Assembly (NCBI GenBank): GCA_014860395.1
Contig: JACZJU010000102.1
Span: forward strand, 808-64,807
Direction of reading: 5' to 3'
From: Burkholderiales bacterium
Lineage (GTDB): Bacteria; Pseudomonadota; Gammaproteobacteria; Burkholderiales; SG8-39
DNA: 64,000 nucleotides
Shown: positions 32,992-45,173 of the stretch, piece by piece
How positions within the stretch are numbered: the first letter of the stretch is position 1
How the letters are laid out: each line of letters opens with the position of its first letter
Notes under the pieces: generated by a model
The model's database searches: none
Seen by the model: the letters and a program-made list of their open reading frames with translations, nothing else
Told to the model about the DNA's origin: nothing
Program-made: the position numbers and the translations under genes

Positions 32992-34110
32992 TCAAGCTGC
33001 CAAAGCGTGAAGTGGGTCGTGGAAGGGGTAATTCAGGGCTGCGGCGACCTCAGCGCAGGTCACTTTGCCGCGGCAGACGTTGAGCCCCGCGCGCAGGTGC
33101 GGGTGGTCCTGCAGCGCCCGCCGGTAGCCTTGATCGGCAAGCAGGAGCACATAGGGGAGGGTGGCGTTGTTGAGGGCAAAGGTCGAAGTTCGCGGGACGC
33201 CGCCCGGCATGTTGGCGACGCAATAGTGGACGACGTGGCCGACGACATAGGTCGGTTCGGCATGGGTGGTCGGATGCGAGGTCTCGAAGCAGCCGCCCTG
33301 ATCTATGGCCACGTCCACCACCACCGCACCGGCCTTCATCGCGCCCACCATCTGTTGCGACACCAGCTTCGGCGCCGCGGCACCGGGGATCAGCACACCG
33401 CCGATCACCAAGTCGGCCGACAGCACATGGCGCTCGATGTTGTCGCGGCTGGAGAACACCGTGATCGGGCGCGCGCCGAGAAGGCGCTCGATGCGCCGCA
33501 GCGCGTCGATGTTGCGGTCCAGCACCACGACTTGGGCGCCACTGCCCACTGCAGCCTGAGCGGCGTTCGAACCGACCACGCCGGCGCCGAGAATGACGAT
33601 CTTCGCCGGGGGCACGCCGGCCACTCCGCCGAGCAAGATGCCCATCCCTCCTTGGGGCTTTTCCAGATTGTGCGCGCCCGCCTGCACCGACATGCGCCCG
33701 GCGACTTCGGACATGGGGGCGAGCAGAGGCAGGCCGCCGTCGGGCGCGGTGACGGTCTCGTACGCGATGCAGATCCCACCGCTTTCCACCAGTTCAGCGG
33801 TCTGTTCTGGATCGGGCGCCAGATGCAGATAGGTGAAAAGGATCTGGCCCGGCCGCAGGCGCCTGCGCTCTTCCGGCTGCGGCTCTTTTACCTTGACGAT
33901 CATTTCCGCGCGCGCGAAGACTTCTTCGGCGCTGCTGACGATGTCCGCGCCAGCCGCCTGGTAGACGCTGTCGGCGGTGTTGATACCGGCCCCGGCATCG
34001 TGCTCGACGACAATCTGATGGCCATGGGCGCAGAGCTCGCGCACGCTTGCGGGCGTGAGGCCGACGCGATATTCCTGGCTTTTGACTTCCCTCGGCACGC
34101 CAATTAGCAT
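32992..34110 (-). CDS. ald: Alanine dehydrogenase
   Basis: [23 protein letters not shown]-binding [13 protein letters not shown], and HYCVANMPG. 372 aa. Confidence 0.95.
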   Translation of the reverse strand: MLIGVPREVKSQEYRVGLTPASVRELCAHGHQIVVEHDAGAGINTADSVYQAAGADIVSSAEEVFARAEMIVKVKEPQPEERRRLRPGQILFTYLHLAPDPEQTAELVESGGICIAYETVTAPDGGLPLLAPMSEVAGRMSVQAGAHNLEKPQGGMGILLGGVAGVPPAKIVILGAGVVGSNAAQAAVGSGAQVVVLDRNIDALRRIERLLGARPITVFSSRDNIERHVLSADLVIGGVLIPGAAAPKLVSQQMVGAMKAGAVVVDVAIDQGGCFETSHPTTHAEPTYVVGHVVHYCVANMPGGVPRTSTFALNNATLPYVLLLADQGYRRALQDHPHLRAGLNVCRGKVTCAEVAAALNYPFHDPLHALAA

Positions 34111-34632
34111 CGCTTGCTCCTGATCGCGGATTCCGACGGCGTTGCGCTGCGGTATGCCCGCGCGCCAGACCTGCCCCTACGCAACGGCTGGACTCGATGC
34201 AAGACGCATTTTGCGACGGACGCCGTTGTTCAGGGGATTTTCAATATACCCCAGATCGCTGCGCCTTTGAATTGCGCTGCTGCCGTCATGGTCGCGTGCG
34301 GCATCGCTTGCCCTCATGAAATGGACGGCAATTGCAGCGTTGTTCCGGCGGCTTGAGAAGGCGCCGGGTGCTACTGTGGGCGCATGACGTCGTGCTGGTG
34401 CGCATTGGTAGCCACCGCCGCTGAGGGCGGCCCAGCGTCCGATCGGCTCCACCGGGGTCAAGATTGCGTGGCGGCTGCCGATAATGATCAGAAGAGTAAA
34501 AGTATGTCCGCTGCCGCCCCGCGCGGCAGCGGACCGGGAAAACACGCCTATGGCTGGCATCGCTAGCTTTTCACCCCCCGTCTCGCCTGCCCGCTTTTGG
34601 CAGCGTGGATCGCGCGTGCCCGGGAGGCACTG

Positions 34633-37446
34633 ATGCGGCTCGTGCGGCGCATGCGCGAATATTTCGCGCAATCATTCCGGCGCAAACTGACGCTCGCAAT
34701 GGCGCTCATGGCATTGTCGGCATCTGCGCTTACGCTTGCCGTCTCGCTCTGGGGTTTCGGTTTCGAGGCCGGGCTCGGGCGTGAGCACCCGAGTGCGGGT
34801 CGCAATGCCGCCGCCATGGGAGCATTCGCGACATTTGCACTGGCATTCGCGCTGCTCGTGTCCGCGCGTCTGGCGCGAGCGCTCGCGGCGCCGCTCCTCA
34901 CCATCGCAAACGCCGTGCACGCCGTGGCTGCGAACGGGGACTACAGCGATCGCGTGCCGGTGAGCGGTTCCGACGAGATTGGCCAGGTGGGCGGGGGAAT
35001 CAACCGCCTGCTCGATCAGATGCAGGCACGCGACCGCGAACTTGCGCGCGGCAGCGCGCGCTTGGGCCTTGCACTGGAGGCTTCACAACTATCGCTGTGG
35101 GACTGGGATATAAGCGGTGGCTGGGTCTCGCTTTCGGAGCGCTGGTCCGAGAGCCGCGGCGGACCCGCGCAATCGACACGCATCACGTTTGCGGAGTTCG
35201 TGTCACTGGTGCATCCCGATGACCTGCCGCAATTGCGCGAGCAGCTGCACAGCGTGTTGAAGGGCCGGACTGCCCACTACCAGGCCGAGCACCGCGTACG
35301 CGGCGTGGCGGGCGAAGAATGGATCTGTGTGCAGACCCGCGGCCACGTCTATGAGCGCGATGCGGCGGGCCGGGCGCTGCGCATGACGGGCATCAATGCG
35401 GATGTCACCGATCAGCGCCGGCGTGAAGCGGAACTCATGCAGGCCAAACTTATGGCCGAGTCCGCAAGCCGGGCGAAATCGCAGTTTCTCGCGAACATGA
35501 GCCATGAAATCCGCACACCGATGAACGGGGTGCTCGGCATGACCGAGCTATTGTTGCAGACAGAACTGTCCGAGCGCCAGCGGCGGCTCGCACAAACCGT
35601 GTGCCAATCCGGCGCGGCGCTGCTCACTGTCATCAACGACATTCTCGATTTTTCCAAGATCGAGGCCGGCAAGCTCGAAATCGACCGCATCCCGTTTGAC
35701 CTGCAGCGCGTGGTCGAGGACGCGCTGGATCTGCTTGCGGAACCGGCGATCGCCAAGCGCCTGGAACTGGTCAGCGACCTGGAACCGGGGCTGCCCTGCT
35801 GGTTGCGCGGCGATCCCGGCAGGCTGAGGCAGGTGCTGAGCAATCTGCTGAGCAACGCGGTCAAGTTCACCGACGGGGGCGAAATAGTGTTGAGGATCGC
35901 TGCGGCGAGCAGCAGCGAGCGCGAGGCGGTGCTACGATTCGAGGTGAAGGACACCGGGATCGGCATCGAACATGGCCAGCGGAAAGGCGTCTTCCAGGCA
36001 TTCCGGCAGGGCGATGCCAGCACCACCCGGCGCTACGGCGGCACAGGTCTGGGCCTCGCAATCTGCAGGCAACTGGTCGAGCTGATGGGAGGGGAAATCG
36101 GCGTGCAGAGCAGGCTGGGGCAGGGTTCGACGTTTTGGTTCGTCCTGCCTTTCGAGCGCGTTGCCGAAAGCGCGGCCGAGGTGCAGCCACCGTGGAGTCG
36201 TCTGCGCGGGTTGCATGTGCTGGTCGTCGATGACAACGCCACCAATCGGGATATCCTGTGCGAGCAAATGAGCGCGGAAGGGATCTGCGCCGACAGTGCG
36301 CCGAGCGGGGCGCAAGCGCTGGCGATGCTGCAGTCGATGGCGATGCGTGATCCGTACCGCATTGCGGTGCTCGACATGCATATGCCGCAAATGGACGGGT
36401 TGGAACTTGCGCGCCGCATACGCGAGGATGCTGCGCTCGCGCGCACCGAATTGCTGATGCTGAGCTCGGTCGGGCAAGACATACGCGCGGCCACGTTGCG
36501 CAAACTGGGAATTCGGCGCTGGCTTGCCAAGCCGGTGCGCCAGAAAGAACTGCTGGCCTCGCTCGATGCATTGCTCGATAGCGGGAACGGATTTGCGGTT
36601 GCGCAGGACGCGACGTCGCAGCCGCGTTCTATACTGCACGAGGCGTGCATCCTTCTGGTCGAGGACAACGAGGTAAACCAGATAGTGGGCAAGGAGATGC
36701 TGGAGGTCCTGGGCTACCGCTGCGAGGTCGCGCCGCACGGGCGCGCCGCAATCGAGGCGCTGCGCGCAGGGCGCTATGCGCTGGTGCTGATGGACTGCCA
36801 GATGCCGGAGATGGACGGCTTCAGCGCCACGCGCGCGATTCGCGATCTGGAGGCTCGCGGCGAGTGCTTCGCGACCGGCGAGGGCCGGCTGCCCATCGTC
36901 GCGCTCACGGCGCATGCCATGGTTGGCGACAGGGAGAGGTGCATCGAAGCGGGAATGGACGGCTACATCATCAAGCCCTTCGCTCAGACAGAACTCAGTC
37001 TCGAGATTCAGCGGCATCTGGCGGTTGGCAGGTCACCAGCCGACGGCGCCGCGGGAGCAGGCGTGGCGTCGCCGGCCGAATCCGGCGAAACCCTGGACGA
37101 GAGCGCCCTGGACGCGCTGCGTGCCTTGGACAAAGACGGCAGCCGCGGCGTGGTCCGACGCGTGTTCGACATTTATCTCAAAAACGCGCCGGTGCTGATC
37201 GCGGAAATGCAGGCGGGTGCGACGAAGAACGACCTGGATCGCATGAGTCGCGCCGCGCACTCGCTCAAGTCGAGCAGCCGCAGCGTAGGTGCGGTGAATC
37301 TGGCCGATATTTGCCGCAAGCTGGAGCGCTCGGCCAACGAGGGCCGCGTCGCCGATGCCGCAAGCCTTGTCGCTGCGGCGGTGAGCGCACACGCCGACGC
37401 GTCAAGGCTGGTGCGGGAGCAACTGGAGGACGCGGGGTCAGTATGA
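34633..37446 (+). CDS. Hybrid sensor histidine kinase (2 TM-HAMP-PAS-HisKA-HATPase-REC-REC-HPt)
   Basis: GGGAGG before the ATG at 34633. H-box [20 protein letters not shown] boxes LLSNAVKFT and [18 protein letters not shown]. Two receiver domains ([23 protein letters not shown]). HPt motif [13 protein letters not shown]. Confidence 0.92.
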   Translation: MRLVRRMREYFAQSFRRKLTLAMALMALSASALTLAVSLWGFGFEAGLGREHPSAGRNAAAMGAFATFALAFALLVSARLARALAAPLLTIANAVHAVAANGDYSDRVPVSGSDEIGQVGGGINRLLDQMQARDRELARGSARLGLALEASQLSLWDWDISGGWVSLSERWSESRGGPAQSTRITFAEFVSLVHPDDLPQLREQLHSVLKGRTAHYQAEHRVRGVAGEEWICVQTRGHVYERDAAGRALRMTGINADVTDQRRREAELMQAKLMAESASRAKSQFLANMSHEIRTPMNGVLGMTELLLQTELSERQRRLAQTVCQSGAALLTVINDILDFSKIEAGKLEIDRIPFDLQRVVEDALDLLAEPAIAKRLELVSDLEPGLPCWLRGDPGRLRQVLSNLLSNAVKFTDGGEIVLRIAAASSSEREAVLRFEVKDTGIGIEHGQRKGVFQAFRQGDASTTRRYGGTGLGLAICRQLVELMGGEIGVQSRLGQGSTFWFVLPFERVAESAAEVQPPWSRLRGLHVLVVDDNATNRDILCEQMSAEGICADSAPSGAQALAMLQSMAMRDPYRIAVLDMHMPQMDGLELARRIREDAALARTELLMLSSVGQDIRAATLRKLGIRRWLAKPVRQKELLASLDALLDSGNGFAVAQDATSQPRSILHEACILLVEDNEVNQIVGKEMLEVLGYRCEVAPHGRAAIEALRAGRYALVLMDCQMPEMDGFSATRAIRDLEARGECFATGEGRLPIVALTAHAMVGDRERCIEAGMDGYIIKPFAQTELSLEIQRHLAVGRSPADGAAGAGVASPAESGETLDESALDALRALDKDGSRGVVRRVFDIYLKNAPVLIAEMQAGATKNDLDRMSRAAHSLKSSSRSVGAVNLADICRKLERSANEGRVADAASLVAAAVSAHADASRLVREQLEDAGSV

Positions 37447-39611
37447 ACGACACGCGCGAGAACCTGCCGTTGGTATTGATCGTCGATGACGACGAGGCGG
37501 CGCGCTTGCTGATCGAAATATCGCTTACCGACGAAGGATTGCAGGTTCAGCAGGCCGCGGATGCGGAAGAGGCGCTGGCCGCATTCGCGGCGCACCGGCC
37601 CGATATCGTGCTGCTCGATGTGAACATGCCGGGCATGGACGGATATGAGTGCTGCCGCGAGTTGCGCCGCCGTCCCGGCGGCGCGGACCTGCCGGTCTTG
37701 ATGCTCACCGGCCACGAAGATCTGCAGTCCATCCAGAGAGCCTACGAGGCCGGGGCGACCGACTTTCTGAGCAAATCCAACAACTGGGGACTGCTCGCGC
37801 ATCGCGTGCGCTACATGCTGCGCGCCAGCCGCGCGTTTGTGAATCTGACACAAAGCCGCCAGCGGCTCGCCTCCGCACAGCGCATTGCGCGCATGGGAAA
37901 CTGGGAGTGGCGTACGGACGAGGGGCGCTTCGCAGTTTCAGACGAGACGCTCGATGTGCTTCATCTGCGCGGCGCGGGCCTGGACGGGACCGGCGAGAGC
38001 GCCATCCGGCTCGTGCATCCGGAAGACCGCGCGCAGGTGATTGACGCCGTGCGGCAGGCCGTCGCCTCGGGTGAGCCTCTGTGCACCGACTTTCGCATCG
38101 TACCGCCCGATGCGGCCGTGCGCTGGCTCCAGCTTCAGGCCGAGATGGTGCGCGACAGCGGCGATGGCGAGGTGGGCATGGCGGGTACGGTGCAGGACGT
38201 CACCGAGCGCTATCTCGCCCAGGATCGGATCCGCTATCTCGCTTACTACGACAGCCTGACCAAGCTTCCCAACCGCACCTTGTTTTGCGAGCAGCTCGGG
38301 CGCGCGGTCCTGCGCGCGCCGCGCTCGAGCGGCAGGCTTGCGGTCATGTTCCTGGACCTGGACAACTTCAAACGCGTCAACGACACCCTTGGCCATTCGG
38401 TCGGCGACCAGATACTCGCCTCGGTGGCAGAGCGGATAAAGAGTTGCCTGCGCCAGGGCGACACCACCGGTCGCAACTACGAGGAACAGTTCGTCGATGT
38501 CGACAACCAGGCCAGGCTGGTCGGTCGGCATGGCGGGGACGAATTCACCCTGTTCCTCGCCGATCTGAAACAAGACAGCGACGCGGCCCTGATCGCGCGG
38601 CGCCTGCTCGCCTCGCTGGCGCAACCGTTCGTGGTCGGCGCGCAGGAAATCGTCGCCAGCGCCAGCATCGGCATTGCCATGTGCCCGGATGACGGCGGCG
38701 ACGTCGAGACACTGCTGCGCCACGCCGATGCGGCGATGTTTCACGCAAAAGAGCATGGCCGCAACAACTACCAGTACTACAGCCATTCCATCGGAGCCGC
38801 GGCATTCCAGAAACTGGCGCTCGAATCGAGTCTGCGCAAAGCGCTCGAACGCGAGGAGTTCGTTCTGTACTACCAGCCGATCATAAGAATCGCGGACGCC
38901 AGCATCGTCGGTGCCGAGGCGCTGCTGCGCTGGCGCCACCCGGATCGCGGCATCGTCCCGCCGAGCGAATTCATCCCGCTCGCAGAGGAGACCGGGCTGA
39001 TCGTTCCGCTGAGCGAGTGGGTGCTGCGCGAGGCCTGCCGGCAGGCGCGCGCCTGGCAACTCGCCGGTCTTGATCCGGTGCACGTCGCGGTGAACATTTC
39101 CGCCGCCTACCTGCAGCGCGCGAACCTCGCGCACGCGGTTGCAAGCGCTCTCGAGGACGCCGGCCTGGACCCGCATTGTCTGGGCCTGGAACTGACCGAA
39201 AGCGTATTTGCGCGCGACCTGGAGGCGACGCTGACCCTGTTCATGGGATTGCGTGACTTGGGAGTCGCACTGGCGATCGATGATTTCGGCACCGGCTACT
39301 CGTCTCTGAGCTACCTGCGCCGCTTTCCGTTGAATGCGCTCAAGATCGACCGCTCCTTCGTGCACGACCTGCCGCACGACGAGGACGCAGTAGCGCTCGC
39401 CACGGCGATCATCGCCATGGGTCGCAGTCTTAAGCTTGAACTGATCGCTGAGGGAGTGGAAACGCCGCTGCAACTGGAGTTCCTGCGCGCTCAGGGCTGC
39501 GAGCGCTTCCAGGGCTATCTTTTCAGCCCGGCGGTGCCGCCGCAGGAGTTCGCCGCGCTGATGGCCGGCGGCGCCGATCATGGGCGCTTGCTGTGCCGCG
39601 CAGGCTTGTAA
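37443..39611 (+). CDS. Response regulator with PAS, GGDEF and EAL domains (c-di-GMP turnover)
   Basis: The start ATG overlaps the kinase stop (ATGA). [14 protein letters not shown]...[12 protein letters not shown]; GGDEF motif [11 protein letters not shown]; EAL motif GAEALLRW plus [10 protein letters not shown] and KIDRSFV. The ORF-track entry 36645..39611 is over-extended upstream. Confidence 0.93.
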   Translation: MNDTRENLPLVLIVDDDEAARLLIEISLTDEGLQVQQAADAEEALAAFAAHRPDIVLLDVNMPGMDGYECCRELRRRPGGADLPVLMLTGHEDLQSIQRAYEAGATDFLSKSNNWGLLAHRVRYMLRASRAFVNLTQSRQRLASAQRIARMGNWEWRTDEGRFAVSDETLDVLHLRGAGLDGTGESAIRLVHPEDRAQVIDAVRQAVASGEPLCTDFRIVPPDAAVRWLQLQAEMVRDSGDGEVGMAGTVQDVTERYLAQDRIRYLAYYDSLTKLPNRTLFCEQLGRAVLRAPRSSGRLAVMFLDLDNFKRVNDTLGHSVGDQILASVAERIKSCLRQGDTTGRNYEEQFVDVDNQARLVGRHGGDEFTLFLADLKQDSDAALIARRLLASLAQPFVVGAQEIVASASIGIAMCPDDGGDVETLLRHADAAMFHAKEHGRNNYQYYSHSIGAAAFQKLALESSLRKALEREEFVLYYQPIIRIADASIVGAEALLRWRHPDRGIVPPSEFIPLAEETGLIVPLSEWVLREACRQARAWQLAGLDPVHVAVNISAAYLQRANLAHAVASALEDAGLDPHCLGLELTESVFARDLEATLTLFMGLRDLGVALAIDDFGTGYSSLSYLRRFPLNALKIDRSFVHDLPHDEDAVALATAIIAMGRSLKLELIAEGVETPLQLEFLRAQGCERFQGYLFSPAVPPQEFAALMAGGADHGRLLCRAGL

Positions 39612-39798
39612 GCTCACCTAGCAGAAGTAGTTTAGTCGCAGGCTCTGAGGCGGGCGAGCGCCGCCTGGCGGCGCGCTATTGAACGAGCGCGGCGCGAGGC
39701 GCAAAATGCCCCTTGGGCGTAGCGGCACTGCGGCAATACCGATCACGCATTGGCCGCTGCAACCGAACGACAGTGCGGGTTAGCCACGGAGCGATTCT

Positions 39799-40032
39799 AT
39801 GACTACGGACGAAAACAGGACGAAGGTGACCATTCTGACCGGGACCTACCGCGTCAAGGGCTATATCGAGCTCTTGCCCGGCGCCCGGGTGACGGACTAC
39901 CTAGTGGAATCGAAGGACTTTATCGCGGTCACGGATGCCGAGGTCTGGGAACTGGGCAATCGTCACGTTCTTAACGCTCCGTTCATCAATGTGAGCCTCG
40001 AACACATCCAGATTGTCACGCCAGGAGATTGA
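39799..40032 (+). CDS. Hypothetical small protein (77 aa)
   Basis: ACGGAG lies before the ATG and codon bias looks good. No family recognised by eye. Confidence 0.5.
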   Translation: MTTDENRTKVTILTGTYRVKGYIELLPGARVTDYLVESKDFIAVTDAEVWELGNRHVLNAPFINVSLEHIQIVTPGD

Positions 40033-40267
40033 CGCCGGAGCATCCAATTCGCCGCCGCAATATGAGTTTTGCGGCAGTCCGAGCAGGGGAGCAGGAGGGG
40101 ATGCGCTGCCCTTCATTTCGAATCAGACTCTTAGCCTCGCGCCGCGTTTGAAATCGGACCGCTGGCCGCGGCGCCAGAGGCGGCATTTGATTGACCGGCT
40201 TTGTCTAAACGCTGTAAAATCCGACGGTTCTGACGCCTAACGGCGGCTTTTCCTAGGAATCAAGGCA

Positions 40268-41026
40268 ATGCGCAGCCGGCTGGTCGCGGGTAATTGGAAA
40301 ATGAACGGCAGCCTGGCTGCCAATCGGCGCTTGCTCGACGCCCTGAAGGCTGGCTTGCAGGCGAGTGCCGGGGTGCAGCATACGGTATGCGTGCCTTACC
40401 CGTATCTGGCCCAGGTTGAAGCAGCTCTGGCCGGCACGTCCATCGCCTGGGGGGCGCAAAATCTGAGCGAACATGCTCAGGGCGCGTACACCGGCGAAGT
40501 GTCGGGCGCGATGCTGCGCGACTTCGGTTGCCGCCATGTGCTTGTCGGCCATTCCGAGCGGCGAGCGCTGTATGGCGAGAGCGACAAGCAGGTAGCGGCC
40601 AAGTTTCAGGCGGCGCAGGGGGCGGGATTGATTCCGATCCTGTGTGTGGGCGAAACCCTGCAGGAGCGTGAGAGTGCAGTGACCGAAATCGTGGTCGGGC
40701 GCCAGCTCGCAGCCGTGCTCGATTCGAGTGGCGTTGGCACGCTGGTGAACGCAGTAATCGCCTACGAACCGGTGTGGGCCATCGGTACCGGCAGGACCGC
40801 GACGCCGCAGCAGGCGCAAGCGGTGCACGCGTTCATACGCGGGGTCGTCGGCAGGCAGGATGCCAAGCTCGCCGCGGGTTTGACCATTGTATATGGCGGC
40901 AGCGTCAAGGCAGCCAATGCGAAAGAACTGTTTTCCATGCCCGATATAGATGGCGGGCTCATCGGCGGTGCCGCGCTGGTGGCGGAGGAATTCATTGCGA
41001 TTAGCGCTGCGGCGGGCGGGGCATAA
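40268..41026 (+). CDS. tpiA: Triosephosphate isomerase
   Basis: [36 protein letters not shown]. Confidence 0.97.
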   Translation: MRSRLVAGNWKMNGSLAANRRLLDALKAGLQASAGVQHTVCVPYPYLAQVEAALAGTSIAWGAQNLSEHAQGAYTGEVSGAMLRDFGCRHVLVGHSERRALYGESDKQVAAKFQAAQGAGLIPILCVGETLQERESAVTEIVVGRQLAAVLDSSGVGTLVNAVIAYEPVWAIGTGRTATPQQAQAVHAFIRGVVGRQDAKLAAGLTIVYGGSVKAANAKELFSMPDIDGGLIGGAALVAEEFIAISAAAGGA

Positions 41027-41128
41027 ACGGCGTGGGGCAGGGGGTGCGGCCCGGCGAATCGGCGCATCATCGATTGTACAGAGTTTTTATCGTCCGTCAT
41101 GCGGCGGGTGAGTCATAGCGAGTGAGGA

Positions 41129-41515
41129 ATGGACATCTGGTTGACAGTGATTTTGACGATGCACGTTTTGGTGGCGCTGGCGATTATCTTTCTGGTGCTG
41201 CTTCAGCACGGCAAGGGCGCGGACATGGGGGCAGCTTTCGGCGGCGGTTCTTCGGGCAGCCTGTTCGGCGCCACCGGTTCGGCGAATTTTCTTTCCCGCA
41301 CCACGGCAGCCCTGGCGGCGGTATTTTTCCTCACCAGCCTCGGCCTGGCCTACGTGGCGACGCACAAGCCCAAGACAGGGGGCAGCGTGATGCAGGGCGT
41401 GACCGCGCCGCCTGCACCTGCGGTCACGCCCTTGGAAGACGTGCCCAAACCGGCCGATGCGCCCAAACCGGCAAGCGCGCCGTCGGGGTCCAAGGCGAAC
41501 GACATACCTAAGTAA
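41129..41515 (+). CDS. secG: Preprotein translocase subunit SecG
   Basis: LVLLQHGKGADMGAAFGGGSSGSLFGATGSANFLSRTT is the SecG signature. Ala/Pro-rich tail. Confidence 0.93.
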   Translation: MDIWLTVILTMHVLVALAIIFLVLLQHGKGADMGAAFGGGSSGSLFGATGSANFLSRTTAALAAVFFLTSLGLAYVATHKPKTGGSVMQGVTAPPAPAVTPLEDVPKPADAPKPASAPSGSKANDIPK

Positions 41516-41603
41516 AGACTGGTGGCTGGAGGCCGGAAACCAGGAGCCCCAAGGACATGGCGGTTCATCTAGTTTCTGGACACCAGTCTCTAGTTGCTAG
41601 ACT

Positions 41604-41688
41604 GCCGACGTGGTGAAATTGGTAGACACGCTATCTTGAGGGGGTAGTGGCGAAAGCTGTGCGAGTTCGAGTCTCGCCGTCGGCACCA
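41604..41688 (+). tRNA. tRNA-Leu (anticodon GAG), CCA-encoded
   Basis: Acceptor GCCGACG/CGTCGGC, anticodon stem CTATC/GGTAG with loop TTGAGGG, long variable arm, T-arm GAGTTCGAGTCTC, and 3' ACCA. secG-tRNA-Leu(GAG) synteny matches secG-leuU. Confidence 0.92.
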
Positions 41689-41906
41689 ATGATTTTTGGA
41701 TTGATGAACTTGGAGCGAGGGCCTTGCGGAATTTTGGGGTCTGCGACTTGTCGAATGAAAAGTGAATGAAGGCCAAACAAAAAGAGCGCGTTTGATCTAT
41801 GTCAACTCCGCGACGCGCTCATTGGTAGACCATGTCGCCTGCCTGTATGATTGAAAAAATAACCTACATCAATACTTTGATCATCGACTCCAGAAACTGA
41901 CGCTCC

Positions 41907-42263
41907 GTGCTCGAAAATTACTTTCCTGTTCTGATGTTCATTTTCATCGGCCTTGCCGTCGGCATCGGGCCGATCGTCACCGGCGCGATACTCGGACCGC
42001 ACCGTCCAGACAGCGAAAAGCTTTCCCCCTACGAGTGCGGCTTCGAGGCTTTCGAAGACGCGCGCATGAAGTTCGACGTGCGCTATTACCTGGTCGCGAT
42101 TCTGTTCATCCTGTTCGATCTAGAGATCGCGTTCCTGTTTCCCTGGGCGATCGTGCTCAATGAAATCGGTCTGTTCGGTTTCGTTTCCATGATGATTTTC
42201 CTCGGTATTCTGGTGGTTGGCTTCATCTACGAGTGGATGAAAGGAGCACTGGAATGGGAATAG
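41907..42263 (+). CDS. nuoA: NADH-quinone oxidoreductase subunit A
   Basis: 118 aa, 3 [37 protein letters not shown] start. Confidence 0.93.
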   Translation: MLENYFPVLMFIFIGLAVGIGPIVTGAILGPHRPDSEKLSPYECGFEAFEDARMKFDVRYYLVAILFILFDLEIAFLFPWAIVLNEIGLFGFVSMMIFLGILVVGFIYEWMKGALEWE

Positions 42264-42730
42264 AAGGGATACTGCAGGAAGGCTTTGTCACCACCACGGC
42301 GGACAAGCTGATCAACTGGACCCGCACCGGGTCAATGTGGCCGATGACCTTCGGCCTGGCTTGCTGCGCGATCGAAATGATGCACTCCGGCGCTGCGCGC
42401 TACGACCTCGATCGCTTCGGCATCGTGTTCCGTCCCAGCCCGCGCCAGGCGGACGTGATGATCGTCGCCGGCACCCTGTGCAACAAGATGGCGCCGGCGC
42501 TGCGCAAGGTCTACGATCAGATGGCCGAGCCGCGCTGGGTAATTTCCATGGGCTCCTGCGCCAACGGCGGCGGCTACTATCACTATTCCTATTCGGTGGT
42601 ACGCGGCTGCGACCGCATTGTGCCGGTCGACATCTACGTGCCAGGCTGTCCGCCCACGGCCGAGGCTTTGCTCTACGGCATCATTCAGCTGCAAAACAAG
42701 ATTAAACGCACAAATACTATCGCTCGCTAA
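42254..42730 (+). CDS. nuoB: NADH-quinone oxidoreductase subunit B
   Basis: AAGGAG before the ATG at 42254. [20 protein letters not shown] and PGCPP (N2 cluster ligands). Confidence 0.96.
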   Translation: MGIEGILQEGFVTTTADKLINWTRTGSMWPMTFGLACCAIEMMHSGAARYDLDRFGIVFRPSPRQADVMIVAGTLCNKMAPALRKVYDQMAEPRWVISMGSCANGGGYYHYSYSVVRGCDRIVPVDIYVPGCPPTAEALLYGIIQLQNKIKRTNTIAR

Positions 42731-42808
42731 TGCTCGCTCAGACAATCGCTCGCTAACGCTCGCTCAGACTATCGCTCGCCAACACCCACTCAGATGATCG
42801 CCCGCTAA
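42719..42808 (+). repeat. 26-bp tandem repeat x3.5 filling the nuoB-nuoC spacer; unit 1 contains the nuoB stop
   Basis: atcgctcgctaatgctcgctcagaca / atcgctcgctaacgctcgctcagact / atcgctcgccaacacccactcagatg / atcgcccgctaa, followed directly by the nuoC ATG at 42809. Confidence 0.9.
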
Positions 42809-43414
42809 ATGTCCGGTAAGCTGGAACAACTCAAGAACAATCTGGAAGCCGCTCTCGGCAGCCGAATTGTCAGCCTGACCCAGGCATTGGGTGAAATCAC
42901 CGTGGTGGTAGGCGCGGCCGATTACGTAGGCGTGGCACAGACGCTGCGCGACGAACCCGGCCTGGCCTTCGCGCAACTCATGGATCTCGCCGGTGTGGAC
43001 TATTCCGCCTACGGCGATGGCGAGTGGAAAGGCGCCCGCTTCGCCGCCACATCGCAGCTGCTTTCGCTCAAGCACAACTGGCGCGTGCGGCTGCGGGTGT
43101 TTGCGACGGACGACGATTTCCCGGTCGTGGACACGCTCACCGGCGTCTGGAACAATGCCAACTGGTACGAGCGCGAGGCGTTCGACCTGTTCGGCATCAT
43201 GTTCTCCGGCCACCCCGACCTGCGCCGGATACTTACCGACTACGGCTTCATCGGCCATCCGTTCCGCAAGGACTTCCCGATTTCCGGCCAGGTCGAAATG
43301 CGTTACGACCCGCAGCAAAAGCGGGTGATCTACCAGCCCGTCACGATCGAGCCGCGCGAAATCACGCCGCGCATCATCCGCGAAGATCACTACGGCGATC
43401 TGGGTAAGCACTGA
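42809..43414 (+). CDS. nuoC: NADH-quinone oxidoreductase subunit C
   Basis: [40 protein letters not shown]. Confidence 0.95.
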   Translation: MSGKLEQLKNNLEAALGSRIVSLTQALGEITVVVGAADYVGVAQTLRDEPGLAFAQLMDLAGVDYSAYGDGEWKGARFAATSQLLSLKHNWRVRLRVFATDDDFPVVDTLTGVWNNANWYEREAFDLFGIMFSGHPDLRRILTDYGFIGHPFRKDFPISGQVEMRYDPQQKRVIYQPVTIEPREITPRIIREDHYGDLGKH

Positions 43415-43415
43415 C

Positions 43416-44669
43416 ATGGCCGAGATCAGAAATTACACGATGAACTTCGGGCCGCAGCACCCGGCGGCGCACGGCGTGCTGCGCCTGGTGCTGGAAATGG
43501 ACGGCGAGGTGGTGGTGAACGCCGATGCGCACATAGGCATGCTGCATCGCGCGACGGAGAAGCTGGCCGAGCAAAAGACCTACGTCCAGGCGCTGCCCTA
43601 CATGGACCGGATGGATTACTTCTCCGTCATGGCGAACGAGCACGGCTATTGCCTGGCGGTGGAGCGTCTGCTCGGCATCGAGGTGCCCGAGCGCGCCCAG
43701 TACATCCGCGTCATGTTCGACGAGATCACCCGCATTCTGAGCCATCTGCTGTTCCTCGGCGCCCACGGCCTCGATATCGGCGCGATGACCATGTTCTTGT
43801 ATTGCTTTCGCGAGCGCGAGGATTTGTTCGACATGTACGAGGCGGTGTCGGGGGCGCGCGTGCATGCGGCCTACTACCGCCCCGGCGGCGTGTATCGCGA
43901 CCTGCCCGACGTCATGCCGCGCTATGTGCCGACGAAAATCCACGGCGCCGGCGAGGTGGCGAAACTCAACGACAGCCGCTCGGGCAGCCTGCTCGACTTC
44001 ATCGAAGATTTCACTGAGCGTTTCCCGGCGCATATCGACGAATACGAAACCCTGCTCACCGACAACCGCATCTGGAAGCAGCGCACGGTCGGCATCGGCG
44101 TGATTTCGCCCGAACGGGCGATCGAACTCGGCTTTACCGGCGTCATGCTGCGCGGATCGGGCGTCGCCTGGGACCTGAGAAAGAAACAGCCCTACGAAGT
44201 CTACGACCGCATGGATTTCGACATACCGGTAGGCGTCAACGGCGACACCTACGACCGTTATCTGTGTCGGGTGGAGGAACTGCGCCAGTCCAATCGCATC
44301 ATCCGCCAGTGCGTCGAGTGGCTGCGCGCCAATCCCGGCCCGGTGATCGTGGACAACCACAAGATCGCACCGCCCGCGCGCGTCGAAATGAAGGGCAGCA
44401 TGGAAGAGCTGATCCATCATTTCAAGCTCTTTACCGAGGGGTTTCGCGTGCCCGCGGGCGAAGCCTACGCTGCCGTCGAGCATCCCAAGGGCGAGTTCGG
44501 TGTCTACATAGTCTCGGACGGGGCGAACAAGCCCTACCGCGTAAAGATCCGTGGCGCCGGTTTCAACCACCTGCAGGGACTGAACGAGATGTCGCGCGGC
44601 CACATGATCGCCGACGTGGTCGCGATCATTGGCACGCTGGACTTCGTGTTCGGCGAGATCGACAGGTGA
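43416..44669 (+). CDS. nuoD: NADH-quinone oxidoreductase subunit D
   Basis: [23 protein letters not shown] ... [11 protein letters not shown] ... [13 protein letters not shown]. 417 aa. Confidence 0.97.
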   Translation: MAEIRNYTMNFGPQHPAAHGVLRLVLEMDGEVVVNADAHIGMLHRATEKLAEQKTYVQALPYMDRMDYFSVMANEHGYCLAVERLLGIEVPERAQYIRVMFDEITRILSHLLFLGAHGLDIGAMTMFLYCFREREDLFDMYEAVSGARVHAAYYRPGGVYRDLPDVMPRYVPTKIHGAGEVAKLNDSRSGSLLDFIEDFTERFPAHIDEYETLLTDNRIWKQRTVGIGVISPERAIELGFTGVMLRGSGVAWDLRKKQPYEVYDRMDFDIPVGVNGDTYDRYLCRVEELRQSNRIIRQCVEWLRANPGPVIVDNHKIAPPARVEMKGSMEELIHHFKLFTEGFRVPAGEAYAAVEHPKGEFGVYIVSDGANKPYRVKIRGAGFNHLQGLNEMSRGHMIADVVAIIGTLDFVFGEIDR

Positions 44670-44699
44670 GAAAGGGTACCAAGTATTTTGGTGGATGAC

Positions 44700-45173
44700 A
44701 TGCTGAACGCAGAATCATTGAAGAGAATCGATCGCGAGGTCGCCAAGTTCCCGGCCGAACACAAGCAGTCGGCGGTGATCGCGGCGCTTGCCATCGCGCA
44801 GGACGAAAAGGGCTGGCTCTCGAGCGAGACCATGGACTACGTTGCGCATTACCTGGGCATGCCGCCGATCGCGGTGTACGAGGTCGCGAGCTTCTACAAT
44901 ATGTACAACCTTGAACCCGGCGGCAGGCACAAGGTCACCGTCTGTACCAACCTGCCGTGCGCGCTCTCAGGCGGCGCCGACGCGGCCGAGCACCTGAAGC
45001 ACCACCTCGGCGTGGGTTTCAACGAAACCACCGCTGATGGCCGCATCACACTCAAGCAGGGCGAATGCATGGGTGCCTGCGGCGATGCGCCGGTGCTGCT
45101 GGTGAACAACAAGCGCATGTGCAGCAACATGTCGCGCGACAAGCTCGATCAACTGCTCGCGGAGCTGAAGTGA
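44700..45173 (+). CDS. nuoE: NADH-quinone oxidoreductase subunit E
   Basis: [2Fe-2S] ligands [11 protein letters not shown] and [13 protein letters not shown] at 44700 (ORF track gives a TTG at 44688). Confidence 0.94.
   Translation: MLNAESLKRIDREVAKFPAEHKQSAVIAALAIAQDEKGWLSSETMDYVAHYLGMPPIAVYEVASFYNMYNLEPGGRHKVTVCTNLPCALSGGADAAEHLKHHLGVGFNETTADGRITLKQGECMGACGDAPVLLVNNKRMCSNMSRDKLDQLLAELK

Noticed and set aside
34177-34560. 127-aa minus-strand ORF upstream of ald
   Set aside because: It has a weak ribosome-binding site and no recognisable family. It contains a strong GC hairpin and would overlap the kinase promoter region. It is kept only as a note under the long-spacer finding.
36645-37442. 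Upstream 266 codons of ORF-track entry 36645..39611
   Set aside because: This part overlaps the histidine kinase in another frame and is Arg/Gly-rich. The receiver domain begins right at the ATG at 37443, which overlaps the kinase stop.
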